Notes: a model not told the origin generated them from the letters alone. 63,607 nucleotides of DNA, filler included, from Choristocarpus tenellus KU-1152 (GCA_964200185.2; 12 parts of 12 records of this genome joined end to end with filler, not necessarily neighbours in it), one strand, 5' to 3'; shown: positions 25,718 to 40,300, counted from the first letter of the whole stretch. A program made the numbers and translations.

Positions 25718-26410
25718 TCAATATGGCGGCAGTGTAGGACTTGTCCAGAACCAGGCCCATGTAGGAACGTCTTGGTCTATACTGTAGCGTTCGACAACAA
25801 GCTGGATACTTCGCAAGTCGCCATTCTCCCATTTAACCTCGTAGGGGTAGCTGACTCGCTTCTCTCCAACTTTCACTGCGTAGTGGGGCTGGTACTTGGT
25901 CACGGTCCCTCGCATCTACTGATCATCCCATCTGAAGTGTAGTCCCCTGCCCTTGGCGCTGGCATTGAGTGTTTCTCCCCCATCTAAATGCGGCACAGCC
26001 CTCAGTGTCGGTCCAACGAGTATATATTTCTCTGTATCCTTCTCCATGTCCCTACGCTTCCGCTGCTGGCCAATAATCGACCGGCAGCGTTGTCTGACAT
26101 ACTGGGCTGCAGCCTCGTCACTGTCCCTCTTGTTCTTCTCCCAAAGTTGGTCTACACCCTCCTCGATCTTGTCCTCTGTCATGTACGACCTCAGTTGAGG
26201 GGGCAAAGACTTTTCGCGATCGTCTGGAAGGTAGGACACTGAGCAAATGTACGTCCCTGAACCATCTACGTGAACATCGCTGACATTCCCCTGTACGATA
26301 GCCCCCCTACTCGTGCATAGAATGAACCTGGTTCCTCGGCCGAACCTGGCGTAAGATGTGTCCCAAAGCCTGAGTTGCCTTCAGAAGCGAGCAGGTATCC
26401 CACCGAGGGA
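25718..26410 (-). pseudogene. Intronless pseudogene ending in a Tudor-like domain, probably TE-derived
   Basis: One frame of ~230 codons with two premature stops at plausible Trp positions (ARF*RQLR; RWDDQ*MRGTVTKYQP...YPYEVKWENGD). Cut upstream by a MITE end at 26412. Confidence 0.6.
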
Positions 26411-26411
26411 T

Positions 26412-26436
26412 GACCCAAAGTATCTGGGAGGGGGGG
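26412..26436 (+). mobile_element. MITE family B left terminus at contig end
   Basis: GACCCAAAGTATCTGGGAGGGGGGG. Confidence 0.7.
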
Positions 26437-26536
26437 NNNNNNNNNNNNNNNNNNNNNNNNNNNNNNNNNNNNNNNNNNNNTTAATTAATTAANNNNNNNN
26501 NNNNNNNNNNNNNNNNNNNNNNNNNNNNNNNNNNNN

Positions 26537-26617
26537 CTCAAAAACCGCGACATGAAAAAAATGACCCCAAATGGACAGTCGCCCCCCCTCCCCCCCCCCC
26601 CCCAGATACTTTGAGCC
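26537..26617 (+). mobile_element. MITE family B right terminus at contig start
   Basis: poly-C + CCAGATACTTTGAGCC, the reverse complement of the family B TIR. Confidence 0.7.
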
Positions 26618-29600
26618 ATTGTGCATCATAAAAAAAACAAAACATGGACACAAAACCAGGGACTCGAACAGCACAATTGTTGACACCATTAAGAGAAGAA
26701 ATCAAAATCCATGGTTGAGTGGTTGCAAGGGCGAATGACTGTATGCACGCATGCAACAAATATACTCTATATGCACAAGAAATAAAGTCATTACAATCAT
26801 TAGTCAATCCTGTCCTGAGAGAAGAAGAACTCAGGGCAATAACAACTACAAAGTTCCAACAGCTGTCTAAACCAAGGTAAGGGTGATTTTTTCGTAGCAA
26901 TAAATCTCCAGCGCACTCTGTCTTCACACCCTTAAAATGTACTCGGACACCTTCACATTTGCATATCGCATATTCTTCCTGCAATGCCCCTACACTGAGC
27001 CAAAGTAAACGAGAAGTCCCCAGGTTTTGGCTGTATTACATCTTAGATTATTTTTTCCATCTTTTGCTATTCACCCTTACTTTCCAGGGATAAAGTGCAC
27101 TAAGGTTGAATTGAGAGCACTTATTTCTTATCATTTGGAAATCTCGGTAGAATTCAGAAAATTCCTTACATGTATTATATAATGGGTCAAATTTTGCAAA
27201 TATGTCAGCATCCTTACTTAATATGCAACCCTGAGAGCCCCTCGTTCAAGTTGGGTCACTTCAGTGTGAAAAGGGAAGAGTTGAACTTTCTTCTTTCACT
27301 GCAAAGGGTGCCACAAAACAGTTCAATAGTAAACAACCTCAATTGGCACCTGCTGGCCTGAACAGACCATTGAAATGACCTCCTATGTCCCCTATTTTTG
27401 TCTTTTCCTATACCTTGAAAGCTATAGGCTATGGACCTCTCTGTGTAACAGCAATGGCCAAGCAAAATATCCTATCAACTCCATGCACTGAGCTCTTGTA
27501 ATGCAAAAGGAATCATCTACACACTCCAATAACCTCACACATATCAGAACATTATGAAACACAAATACACTGTAGACAATATTGACTGTAGCTTAAAACA
27601 GTTTTAGCTGCAAATTTACAGCAAACGTTTATTCAACCACATCTCATCAGTAACAAGCCTTGCCTATCAATAATATTAAATCACCACATTTTTCAAGATC
27701 ATGAGCCCAACTTACTAGGCGTTTGCAAGAGCAGCCCTCGAGCTCCACACAGTTTTGTAGACACTACCGAGTAGGTATGTGCATGTGTTTGTGATGTGTG
27801 AAATTGATGCAGGGATAGTAACAGCATGCCTTACACAAACATTTTTCTGATGTGTGTAGGAGGATATCCTTACCGCAGGTGCCCTTTCACTGCCTTCATG
27901 CTCCTTTGTTGCAGCAATCTCATTGAGCGACTTTTTCACAGAGCGTTCCACAAAGTCTCTCAGGCTGCAAAGAAAAAGGTACAACGAAAATGGTTAGTGA
28001 TGATGTGGTGGGGAGTTCATGATAAGTGCAAGACATGTGTCATCGACAGGGAGGTAAGAGAACCATGGACAGTGCCAAGGGGAGATCCTTCCACTCCCAC
28101 CCAGCATCTGCACCATATTCACACATTACCAAGAAGGTGTGTTGCCGACTGTACAGAATATGAAACTGTGACCTTGAAATGGATGGAATCTTGAGCTTTA
28201 GAGCTCTTTATCATGACGGAGAAGAGAAGAGCATCCAGGTAAGAGCATTGATCAATGCGTTGATCACCTGAGCTGCTGCAAGACTGACCGAGACGTACAC
28301 CTTCCCATTTCATCTTTGCCAGTGCTGGATCCATGATGGAACTGTTGGGAATTCATTGCTTCTTCCATATTGCTTTGTGCGACGTCTGTCATGAGAGTAC
28401 AATGGGTAAAGACGGGAAAACAACAGAGGGAGACAACCAGATTCCGAAATATTGAGAGTCATTTAGGGGAAGCCAAGGGCAAGCATGAAGTGTCCCCATA
28501 TGCCCCCTCGAATACCCTGGTAACCATGAGATACTTTGGGCTGGTCAGATGACCAGTACAACATAATACAAAAGAAGCTCGCTTGTGAGCATGATTAACA
28601 CTCTAGCAACACTGCTAGAAAATGATGTAGCCCATTCGACATGATACTTTTTATGTGGTCATGGACACATCGATTTCAATACCCCCAAACCAACATCTGT
28701 GTCTCATCAGCAAAGACGAGTCGTGCCATGTACACACGGTGAACAAGTTTCAGAAGCTGACCTACTGTGAACTAGGTCTTTTGACATGATACTTGGCACG
28801 TGCTGATGAAGATTTTTTTTTGGATATTCGAAGCCAACGTTTGTGAAGTATCAGCGAGGTTGAATCGTTCAATGCACCACTCTGGACAACTCTTGGAAGT
28901 TCACCCACTGACATAGGCAAGGTCATTGTTGAGATGAATCATCAAACACATCGATTGCGAGGCAGTCGAAGAATGGTCAAAATAATGCAAAAAACATATC
29001 CAAGGCGACAAGGTTTGTACTTGGCCATGTAGTTGTCATGAACCATCTAGCCAAACTTAGTCCGAGGGAAAATGACCGAAGCTGACAAGACAGTACAAAA
29101 TGATATTGACAACAAGAACAAAGTCATTGGACTAAATATTCTGATAGTCTAGTGAAGCCTCGATGTTCTTAGTCGTCTCCTGGCAAAGCAGAGTTGACGC
29201 AGTCCCAACTTCGCCAACCCAAAAAACTGGACGTGTACGAGATATCATTTGACATTTATTGACTGCCTGCTTCTTGGAACATGTATTTTCCATCCCCTGA
29301 CAAGAACCCTTGGGTCTCATAATATCTTTCCACGAGCCCCAGACCCGAGAACCCTTGGAATAATTGAAAGTCACAGGTTATGGGGTCATGGGATCCTGGG
29401 GTTCTCAAACGAGAAACTGATCACCTCAAAAAGATACTTCCGTGCTTCCTACTTTTTGAAATATCACTCCAATTGATGATGTTTGTAGGTGGTTGTAATA
29501 GTTTGCACGATTTACCAGATGTATTACCTTCCTCCTTCCTACAAAACTGCGACCAACGAAAAGATAACAAGTGTTTTGTGTGATCGTTTGGAACGAAACC

Positions 29601-31179
29601 ATCGAAACGCACGAACCTGATGAAGGCTTTCAGTACACATCGAAGGCTTTTTTATAGTGTGCCATATATTATTGAATCACCACCCAATTTACCACGTACT
29701 ATAAGTATATGGAGGTGTGTACATACCTGGGGGTGGAACTGGACAAGCCATAGCCATTATGAGCACTATCACCATGCCACAGATAGACGCCTGTACTTGC
29801 AAGAAGTACGTATATTTTACGCTGAACTAGTATTCCATCAAAGTACTATGTTAAAACAGTAGGGGCACCTGGCCGCAAGTGGATTAGGAAAGAAGATCCA
29901 ACAGGTCCCTGAGATTACTTATCCTCATTTCTAGACCGCTTTTGTATCCAGTGCTTGTCTAGAAGACAGGTGTGTCATGTGATTCTTGATATTGTTGAAT
30001 TTTAGATGTAGGTAGATGGGAAGATCGATGATAAAAACACCTGCTCCTTGTATAATGGGTGGCTATTATAGGTGCTGTGAGGAATCACGATCAGTACAGT
30101 AAGAGTTTCAACAAGAAACTAAGTTGAGGCAAATATAGCTGAAACTGATCCCGCACTGGTGATGATATGAAGACAGTCTAGAACAAGAGAAGAGTCTCAC
30201 GAGTAGTCGACCACAGCCCCGCCTTGCCCACTGAAGTAGTCAGTGTCTCCAGCTTGAACTGTATGAATGGCGCGCCTAGAGATTGCTAGTTTGTTGTGTT
30301 GCGACTGACACAATGTGTGTTGTAGCATGCCTTCACTGCTCGCCCTTTCGACAAATAAAACCCTCACTCAGTCCCCCTACCACTCATTACAACATGTCCA
30401 TTCGCCAGCTCATCCCAGAAATTGGTCTGCCTATGTGTTCAGACACCTTTCACTATGAAGTTGTTGAGGTACTGAGGTTGAAGGTACAAGTAGGGTCAAA
30501 ATATACCTCTATCTTCTAACTTCTCACTTAAGAATAAACCACTAACTAGTTCGTAGAGTAGTACCGTAGTACACTTATTAAAAAAGTATTATTGAAAAGT
30601 TGAGTCCCGTAAATATCCCGCAAGATACAATAGGATAATTTACTCTTGTTTAGAGAAGATAGGCGTTGAATGCAACCCTTTACACAAAGCATACTGGTGT
30701 CGTTCACCAACCTGCTTTCGCTAGAATCACTGAGACCCTACTGCGGAACCTGGCGTCTTCTACGTAGTGTCGACTATTTACATGGAAGGAGAGGTTGTTG
30801 ATGTGACGCAGGGAACAGAAAAAGAGAGGTATTGAGCGGGAGGTGTCGTGATTGCGAGGTAGTATGTCAACTAGTATAAGGTGAGATTCGATCCTTGTGA
30901 GTTCGAGCTGCTCGACAAACGGTGTGGCTCTCAGTTGTGAAATGATTGGTTGGGGAATAAACGAACAGTCGCCGATCACCCCGTGTGAAACAGATCTGTA
31001 CAATCAAGCCTAGAGGTGTGAGCAAACTAAGACATATTTTGCAATTGGAGAAGTACAGCCACATTTGGAAGGATAAGCGCAGTGAGGGAACAGAGCTGCT
31101 GGGAAGGGGTAAATGTTATTCTATTCATCCTATGTGGGATAATTGTCAGAGATGTATGCTGAGTGAGACCTATCCATGA

Positions 31180-31800
31180 TTCAATCCAGGAGCAATGGAC
31201 CTTCCGCAGCATATGTATCGTATCCTCTGTTGCATATTGTACATTGTATATTTTTGCCTATTCCCCCACCACAATGACACTGGTGTGTTGTAGATCTTTC
31301 TGGCGCATTAGAAAATGATCGAACCGGACTCTTGGCAGTTCTGATATGCCCAAACTCGCTGGGGCTCGTGCAGTCGATACGGAAAGAGCGTCTCTCTCCT
31401 CTTCTCGAACCCCCCTGCTTCCACGTGCTCCCTGGCCCTGCCCACTTGACACTTTGTAATCCTTGTGCTTTTATTGCTCGTACATACCTTTGCCATGTGT
31501 AACTTGATGAGATCAACTCTCAGCCCTCTGTATCCTACGACTCCTTACACAATTCGACTTTTTTTTCAGCAATGCTAGTCATCAGTGAAGATATGTCTTA
31601 TCAATGGCAATACCGCTGTACCAATGTATTGTTATCTCCTTCTAAAGCTACTTTCACCAACTTGATCACTGAACGTTTACGATTTGATGGTACTATACTT
31701 TCTTCCAGTTTTGTGTCACACGCTGCCTTCAAATCTGCAAAACCATGAATTTCTCGTCAGAAAGAGCTGCAGCAGATTCTCAGGTGTACAGATTTACCCA
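31180..31800 (-). mobile_element. Highly degenerate gag-like retroelement remnant
   Basis: Stop-riddled frame with a decayed Zn-knuckle-like segment (DCTSPSEFGHIR). No intact domain. Confidence 0.25.
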
Positions 31801-33058
31801 TGCTTTCTCTCCCATCATTCCCATCCTTATCACACCCCTTGTAAATTCCTATCCCTCCCCTGTCAGGTATATTCACATACTTACCCTTTCCTCTAACTCC
31901 ATCTCTCGCCACACCTTGCGCTTTTCCGTTCCACCAATATGTTACCATTTGTCCCATAGCCCAATCCCACGCGTTCACCCCCCATCGTCAAACTACATTT
32001 TGCAGTTGGCGCTTCATTGTAAAGCCTCAAACAAACCATTCCCCACCACCTAAACCCACCCTTTGTTCTCTGCCTCTAATAATGATACTGTGTTTGTTGT
32101 TTCTCAAGTCAATGGCTGGCATTCCAACAGCATGGCCGAGAGCAGACCCTCGCCCTGGAGCAGACATATGGGGGCTCCAGGACTAGACAAGAGCAAAAGG
32201 GAAAATTGTACGAGGTGAGAAACACACAGGAGAGGCAAACCCACGTTGAGTATTGATCATGACAACACTTTACAAATTGGGAATTGTGTATCGGCTACTG
32301 ATTCACAATGTTACGGGCTCAGTACACAATGGTGAAAGGGTTTGGCCCCCTTTCTACAGATATAAAGTCAGTGCTATTGTCTGTCTAGGTGCTACTGCAC
32401 TATGGCGATATTCACTTGCTCAGGTACTGGTTATCTTGTCTTTTTGTGTCCCAATGGAGATTTATTTGGATTGTACCAGGAACTGTAGTAGGATAGTTTC
32501 TTGCCAGCAGCTCTGTTGCAGGAAAAACGTTTCACCGGGCCGGGTAGTGAGCATGTCACCTGTCGGCCATGTAGCTGTGGACCAGCCCACGACCTGGTCA
32601 TCTTGAAATGGTTGATGGCCATGGACTCGGTCATTCAAAACTCCGTTTACATGGCGAATTGGCGGCCCAAGTCAAGTTGAGTATAGACGGCCATGGACTT
32701 GGCTGTTTTAGTACATTTTGTTTTTGTCCTAGGTAACGAATTTTTGTACTGGGGCTGGCCAGTTAATGGCCAGCCTTCCCTATTTTCCGTCCACTCTACC
32801 TGTATTCTATACTTCTACTGTAAGCACGAAATATATAATGTATTGTGTATGTATTGATATTTCTACATTTTTTTTTCATATTTTTACGGTTGTACACTAT
32901 TAGACGTTTTGAAACTAAATCGAAGAAATCGTTGTGTGTTAGGGTTAGGGTGGCTGAGGTGATTTGTGACTCCAAGGTGTGTATGTTGACGCTAGTGGAG
33001 CATAAGTTATTCGACATGTTCACATTTGCAGCTCTCATTGTTGGACAAGTACAAGACG

Positions 33059-33379
33059 TAGTGGACATGGTCAGGACATGTTAGAGAATGATAGACCTGG
33101 TCTGGCCAGCGGATATGGACCAGTATAACACCTAGTGGACATGGTCAGGACATGCTAGAGAATGATAGACCTGGTCTGGCCAGCGGATATGGACCAGTAT
33201 AACACCTAGTGGACATGGTCAGGACATGTTAGAGAATGATAGACCTGGTCTGGCCAGTGGATATGGACCAGTATAACACCTAGTGGACATGGTCTGGACA
33301 TGTTAGAGAATGATAGACCTGATCTGGCCAGTGGATATGGACCAGTGTAATACCTAGTGGACATGGTCTGGATATGTTA
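33059..33379. repeat. 74-bp minisatellite, ~4.3 copies
   Basis: Unit TAGTGGACATGGTCAGGACATG...GGACCAGTATAACACC starts at 33059, 33133, 33207, 33281 and 33355. Confidence 0.95.
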
Positions 33380-33464
33380 AAGAACTGTGGGGATGGTATG
33401 GTGCAATCCCCGCTGTCCTGTTGCAGATGCTACTGTCAAAGAAGAGGAGAAAAAAACCCCTACT

Positions 33465-33755
33465 ACAAACCATATATATATTATATATACTATGTTCTAC
33501 CCATTCTTTTTTATTGTTCTCAAGAGAATATACTACTACTACTACTACTACTTCAAACCATATATATATATATTATATAATACCCATTATCTTTATTGTT
33601 CTTAAAATAATATATATAATCTACTGTCACTACAAACTACATACAATATATACGACCCATTATCTTTATTGTTCTCAAAAGAATATATATAATCTACTGT
33701 CACTTCAAACTGCATACAATATATACTACCCATTATTTTTATTGTTCTCAAAGAA
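33465..33755. repeat. AT-rich degenerate tandem repeat, ~4 units
   Basis: CCCATTATCTTTATTGTTCTCAA..AATATATATAATCTACTGTCACT recurs with variation. Confidence 0.75.
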
Positions 33756-36700
33756 GTACACTGTCTTTTCTTTTCTTTTCTCTTTCTCACCTCTTGATTC
33801 GGGAACATCTCAAGGGTTCTACTGCAAGGAATAGTGCTGCTGAGGGAGAGGGGGTGTCAGGAAGGAAGCGAACAAGATATTTCAATGAGGTTGGTATCGT
33901 CTTGGGGGGGGGACCCCTTACGGAATCTCCCTCTCACACCACNNNNNNNNNNNNNNNNNNNNNNNNNNNNNNNNNNNNNNNNNNNNTTAATTAATTAANN
34001 NNNNNNNNNNNNNNNNNNNNNNNNNNNNNNNNNNNNNNNNNNACCTGATGTAGACCATCAAATATCTCAACCTGTTATTGGCCAATACACTATCGATAGC
34101 ATTGTTGGACAAAGACCTGGTCCTGGTCGTCGTTCGCCCACTAATGGTATCTATCACCTTCGTCTTTGTGGCTATGGACCGTCTTGTGGTCTTCACAAAA
34201 GAATAGAACAGATCCCATAATGCCATGAAATGATTGCAGCCTATCGTGCAGTAAATGGATTGGATAACCAGTAAAGGTCTCGTCCTTCATGGTGTTGACT
34301 TGAGAATTCGTATTTACGGTTATCATACTCCTTGCATAGTCTGCATATCATGCATTACCGTCATGTCGTAACCTATCGTTTCAGTAAAAAGATATTATCG
34401 TGTATTTGTGTGGTACAGATCATGGCCAAATTTTTGTTTGTTTAATTGGGTATTTATGTACTTATTTTGAAGACTAGTATCTCTTGGCCAGATCTCGTGG
34501 TACCCACATACTATAATCCTTCACATAGGTTGTCCATCTAGTTTAGACAAATCGTGTTTGTGTGTCATTTTGTCATAGATGGGTATAGTCAATCGTTTTG
34601 TGTGAAGAGATGAGATAACTGGTAACAGATGTCATTCAACCTGTTTACGTCCAGCTCCGACTTGGAGTCTCGTGTTTACCAGGTTTATCAATCCTTGCAA
34701 ATAGACTATACATAAATGTTGGTGGATTTAGATAAATTAATATACAATTAATTTTATCTCGCAACTCTCCTCGTTTGCATGAGTGGACACATGTGGTGGT
34801 GAAGAGACCGTATCACTGGGCACATTAATGTACTAGCACGTGTGTGTTAAATGTGGCTGTTCATGACATCATGTCACGTTTTCATTAAATTGATTTATTG
34901 GTCATCATGAAATGACTAACCCCATCCTAAAACAAAAAACAAAAAAAAATTGAAGATTTAAGTCTACCACCAGGTAAGAGATGGAGACTTCAGGTGAGTC
35001 ACACATGTTATTTTGTTAATTTTGTATGGCATGATTCCCCCGACATGATGTAATGACCATACAGTCACGTATCTTTTTAGGAGAGTTGAGCCACCAACAT
35101 CGTACGTCTGAGTTGTCCTCTTGGAATATTGTTCACGTGAACAATATTCCAATCGAAGTCAGAATTGAGGAAGGAGAATGGGTGCACATATTTGATCGTG
35201 TCGGAGTGGTGATCAAATCATCGTATGACACCCGTATAGCAATGTCAAATCACAAACACTGGTCAAATCGTTTGTTGACATCGTATAGAGTGTTTGCTCC
35301 CCGTATCCCCATTCTGAGTGTATCCTCTGTTTTATACGGGATAGTAGAGACCCTATATGCTGGCCACATATACCTCTCGCCTCGTTGTTAGGGTGATTGA
35401 TATGCTGATCCCATATACTCTCGGACCTCGTAAGCTTGATTGGTGTGCTGACCACACACCATCAACCTTAGGCTAATGTTATCCTGATCAGATATTCATT
35501 ATGTGCTTCGTTTTTATATTACACTTCATTTTGTATTAATGGAGTCGTGTAGTACAATGGTGCAATAGTATACTAACAGTCACACATGTTTCCCATTTCG
35601 CTCCCAGAGCTCACTTTTTGGTTGACCTTGAATCATGTCTTCAAGGCTGATCAGAAGGGGGGGTGATGTTGAAAGCATGTTTGTCTGATGTTATACCTTT
35701 ATTGCCGTATACCATATACTGTTACACCATTGTACCATTTGAGGTTCCCAGTCAAGCATCCATAATTCCATTGGCGAACCGGACCTTCCATCAGAATGAA
35801 ACCATAGAATCTCTTCACGTGACCAATCCCACTGACTTGGGACAGCTCGTCATTCAGAGTTATCACACAAGGAAGATTCACTTTGTTCTCACGTCTTGAT
35901 TTGGTGTGATGAAGCCCCATCACTCCTCTATTTGCACTTGTCCAACCTTAACCTCGTACCCTCGGTTACGGTTCGTGTCTTTGTTCGTGTGGACCGTCTT
36001 GCCTGGTGATTCTCTTCACCACCCTTGCCTGAGTGAATCACGCCGCCACAGAATCACACGATTCACATATACTTTGTTATCTTTTCCACCCTATTAGAAG
36101 TTTTAGTTTTGAAGTAACCTCGGTTTTGTGTCTAGGAGAATTCACCGTGGTAGACCGTAAACTGACTTTCTGAAGGGAAATAAGAAGAATGTAGGAGGGT
36201 AGACAAAAAAGGTTGAAGATTCGGTTGCTCAAAGGCATATTTAATAATCGAATAAATGAATCAAATATGAGCGGGGTTGAGATTCAAAGGCAAGGAAGAG
36301 AGCGAACAGAAAAAAAAAATGCGAAGGACTAGGGGTGCAAACTCAGGGTAACTACTAAGCAATATTTCCCTCCCATCTACCCTCCTGATTGCTCACAATT
36401 GGTCAATTGGGTGGAAACATTAGTTGGACATGGTCTTGTGTTAGAGTTGTGAAGGTCATAGAAGGCATGATAATCATCTAACTGTAGTAAGTTAAAGCTG
36501 TCCATTTCTTCTGTTTAGTTACCTAATCTAACAACTATCCATTTTAGGACTTTCCTTTGTACCACAATGCCATTTGCTACGGTCTGACAAGGGTACATTG
36601 TTACTGCTCGATCTAGGTGTTGGAATGTTGACAAAAGGTGCCCATGGTGGAAGCGGTGATGGTTGGGAGCATTGGCCTTCTCTAAATGACAGTTCACTCT

Positions 36701-37348
36701 AGTGTTGTCTACAAAATGTTGTACCTAAAAATAATTTTGTATGGCAGCCCCACTACTATCCTAAAAGCCATATTGCGTACTTTTTCCTCTAGGGTAAACG
36801 CTATTACAAGTTTGCATGACCTCAGTACCAGCACAGGTAGAATATTGCACCCTCTGAGGTTTGCTGCATTTAAGGTACCTTTGTCTGCCATGTTGAGCTG
36901 TGGTAAGCAANNNNNNNNNNNNNNNNNNNNNNNNNNNNNNNNNNNNNNNNNNNNTTAATTAATTAANNNNNNNNNNNNNNNNNNNNNNNNNNNNNNNNNN
37001 NNNNNNNNNNCTATCTGAGAACAATGTCATCCGACCATACTCACTACATTCACTTTGCAGTTACCATGCGTAGGTGTCTGATATGCAAAGTTAGAGATTC
37101 CTCCAGCGTGGAGTAATGTGTTACCTACGTGTGTATGTACACGTGCGATACATATTTTTTATGCTTCAACAATATCATATCATCCGGCCGTCCCCGCGCT
37201 GCTGCAGCTGTCACCACGCGTAAATATCTAAAGAATTAGAGATCCGCTACTGGCATACGATCATTCTAGGATTCCATCCCCCGTCCCCCATATCCACCTC
37301 TAACACATCTCCCATCCATTTATGTACACACGTGCACTACTACAATAG

Positions 37349-40300
37349 GAACGGCACGAGCAAAGATAAGGACATGGCTCCGAAGCGATACCTGGTGATG
37401 TCCTGGATAGACTACTGGGCTGATACATACGGCAGTTCATGCCTCACAAGTCCACAATTGTGATCTACGCCGCGAACATACAGGTAGGTTTTGCCCTTGG
37501 TTGTGGAGAGGTTGGCCGCACCCTAGGTTGGAGGATGTTCATTACTTGGAACAGTCTGATATTAAGGTTCAAAGAACATGTCAAGATTCGTACCAAGTAC
37601 TATTGTTTTCGTTTGCTATTTGTAGACAACAGTGTTGATGATTATACTCTTCGTCGCTTTTACGAAGGAAGGCACAGTAAATGTTATTTCGACGCCATGT
37701 ACACATACTCTGTGGCCCCGGTCCCGGTCTGACATTGGTAGGAAAGGTGTGTACTTCGTGTGTCTAAAGCACTTGGCGATGATGATGATTATGATGGTAT
37801 ATTCGCCTCTTTTGCCGCTTCTATAAACGGTAGCGAGGTCCCAACAGAATGACGCTCATGGCAGATATACGAAGATGATTGTGTTTGCTCTTTTGTAACG
37901 CACGATGTAATCTTGCTTGATCCTGTCTTCCGCGTTCTCAGTCAAGTTATTGGTCAGGCCGCTTCCGAGAGATCTTCCAGGGGTGTTCTTCGAGTGTTCC
38001 TTCTCAATAACTCATCACTTGCCCACACAACCAACATTTTTAATTAGGAACTATACAAGGATTATTGCAAAGAGGCAATACGAGTGTATCCTGACGACCC
38101 TTTCAAGCGGGTAAGCAAGGAGTACTTCCTCCGATTGCTCAAGAGGACAGGCCCAACATCAGGGTGAGGGTAGGAGGCGAGTTTATGAAATGTGACATAT
38201 GTGTCACGTTAAAAGAGAAGCGTCACGGTGCGCCTGGTGTAAAACCCATGAACGACTCCACCGTCCTCGAGGCCATCGATAAGGAGCTGTCAGACCATCG
38301 AGAGGTATGTGTCCAGTGTCAATTTTGCAACAAGCGTACAGTGGCAACATGTCGCCGTCATTGCCCTCCATTTTCAACATATGTTTCCGTTTGCGAACGA
38401 AGACTCCCACGCAGGTGCTAATGGAAGCAGCCTTAACCCTCACTCGGCGCAAAAACGTTCTTATAACCTGCCCACACACGTTGTATGATAGACTGCTTCC
38501 TGGTTGTGTACAACGGGATGTAGGAGGGACAGATACTGTGGCGGCTTCTCAGGCCCCGTACGAACGTGCTTCCGACAATCCCCATAATATTGTGTTTGTA
38601 TTGAACGCAGCATTAAAAACATATCCAAAGACAAACATTTATTGTTGCCTACGCTCCATTTTGTTGCTGACCTGATACGTGTTAACAAGTGACCATTTTT
38701 TTACAACTCTGAGCAGATTTATTTGATTTACAGACGTAATGTTGCCCTCCCCCATTCGCCAGATTATCCAGGCGGATCGGGTGGTCATCGCCAACAGCAC
38801 CAGCAACGCCATGCGGGCCAAAGCCGACGGTAAACCTCTCGGGTTCGTGTTCATGTCCGTAGACGCCGCGAACCAAACAGCACACGCCCTCCCAGCACTT
38901 TACCTACCTACCCACAGCGGTGACAGGTAACCACATGCACGCATAGTCCATCTGACAACAAGCCCGCAGCCGCACGCAGAACAGAATAGACGACCCTGTT
39001 TTATTCTACGAATGTGTGCAAAGTCCCAAGAAATAACCGCCAAAACAGACTCACATAATTCCACTACCTATTCCGATCGTCATGATGACGACGCACCGTA
39101 GAACCTTTGTTTAAAAGATTCTTTGGTTCATGTCTTTCTTATCAGGGGCTACTCCGAGCGACAGAAACTCATGGCCGCACACGTCGAAGGCCAGTTCGCA
39201 GAGGTGTTCGTCACTCCTATCAATCTTGGAGGAGGTACGTAATATTGGTCATGGCAAACAATCACATGACTGAATAGATTATGGTTGCGTATGCACCACT
39301 TGATTCACCGTCGTGGCGAGTGGACCTGCCGTAGGTTAGATACCCGAGGATGAGTACATCCTTACACGATGTGCCTAGAGATACCGCAGGCCTAGTGAAC
39401 AGTCGATTAACTGATTATGCGCTGTGCTCCCTTGCCATCCTACGCATCAGCTTAGGGTTAGGGCGAGAGGAGCCTAAGAGCTAATCAAGGAGGAGGGAAA
39501 CCCACAGAAATGTATATCAGCCATTCGGGTGTATGTGCTCTACATCACACAAACAAAATCCATTACCCTTCTTTTTACCTCCAAATATACAATGCGTAAG
39601 TAAGCAGAGTACTATTTGCCAACTAACGATGGACATCATCGTTCGCGCAGGGTGTAACCTTGTCTGCACTGCCACCCACCTTTCCCTCACTAGGCTTATC
39701 GACAAGTACCACAACAGCCTCGATCACGCGGGGAGTCACATCATCCAGAACGCACATTGACAGGTAAGAAAGTTTCATCTTGACACGACCTACTCAACAC
39801 ATACTCGCTGAATACCGGTCACCAAAATTCTAACTGCACGGTCTTTAGTTTTGGTTAGTGTGTTGCTTGTTGCATGTATGATGGCGGTGATGTAGACTTT
39901 GTGCTCTAGCAGTCATGGAAACATACCCTGTTCCTCCACGAAACGCGGCGAAATGGTCTGACATATCGGCCTCACGCCTATCCCTTCCTCCCTCCCGACT
40001 CCCCAAACTGGCCAGGTCGACAACTGCGTCTCAGAGAACAAGAACAATTTCTTTCTCGGATATGCGGAGCTGTTGGTCGCGGCGAGTGTAATTTGTGTGG
40101 TCGAGATACATTTTATGATGGTGGGGCACACGCACATCAAAATCGATGAGATCTCCTCCAAGTAATTAGGCAAGATATGCAAGTGCGATAGCCACATAGT
40201 GTTTTATTACGGACAGATACTACCTTGAGGCTTGCGGCTCACGCTTGTTGCATCCATGTATGGTATATGGTCATACACTGTAATTGATTGATTGGCTTTT

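Noticed and set aside
26412-26617. MITE B halves either side of a linker as one copy proving contig adjacency
   Set aside because: Flanking triplets differ (GAT versus ATT) and the linker is artificial.
26993-27010. GAGCCAAAGTAAAC as another MITE A terminus
   Set aside because: Lacks the TATCT core and any matching interior or partner end; the TA-CACTG context looks more Tc1-like and is unsupported.
27700-30250. Specific TE assignment (hAT, CACTA or Copia) for broken frames
   Set aside because: Too degenerate; no diagnostic motif could be read with confidence.
33059-33379. CRISPR-like array
   Set aside because: Whole 74-bp units are near identical with no unique spacers, no cas genes, and a eukaryotic context.
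39758-39760. In-frame TGA as selenocysteine or an alternative genetic code
   Set aside because: The same gene has frameshifts, the position is not a Cys site, and intact RCL1 uses TGA as stop.
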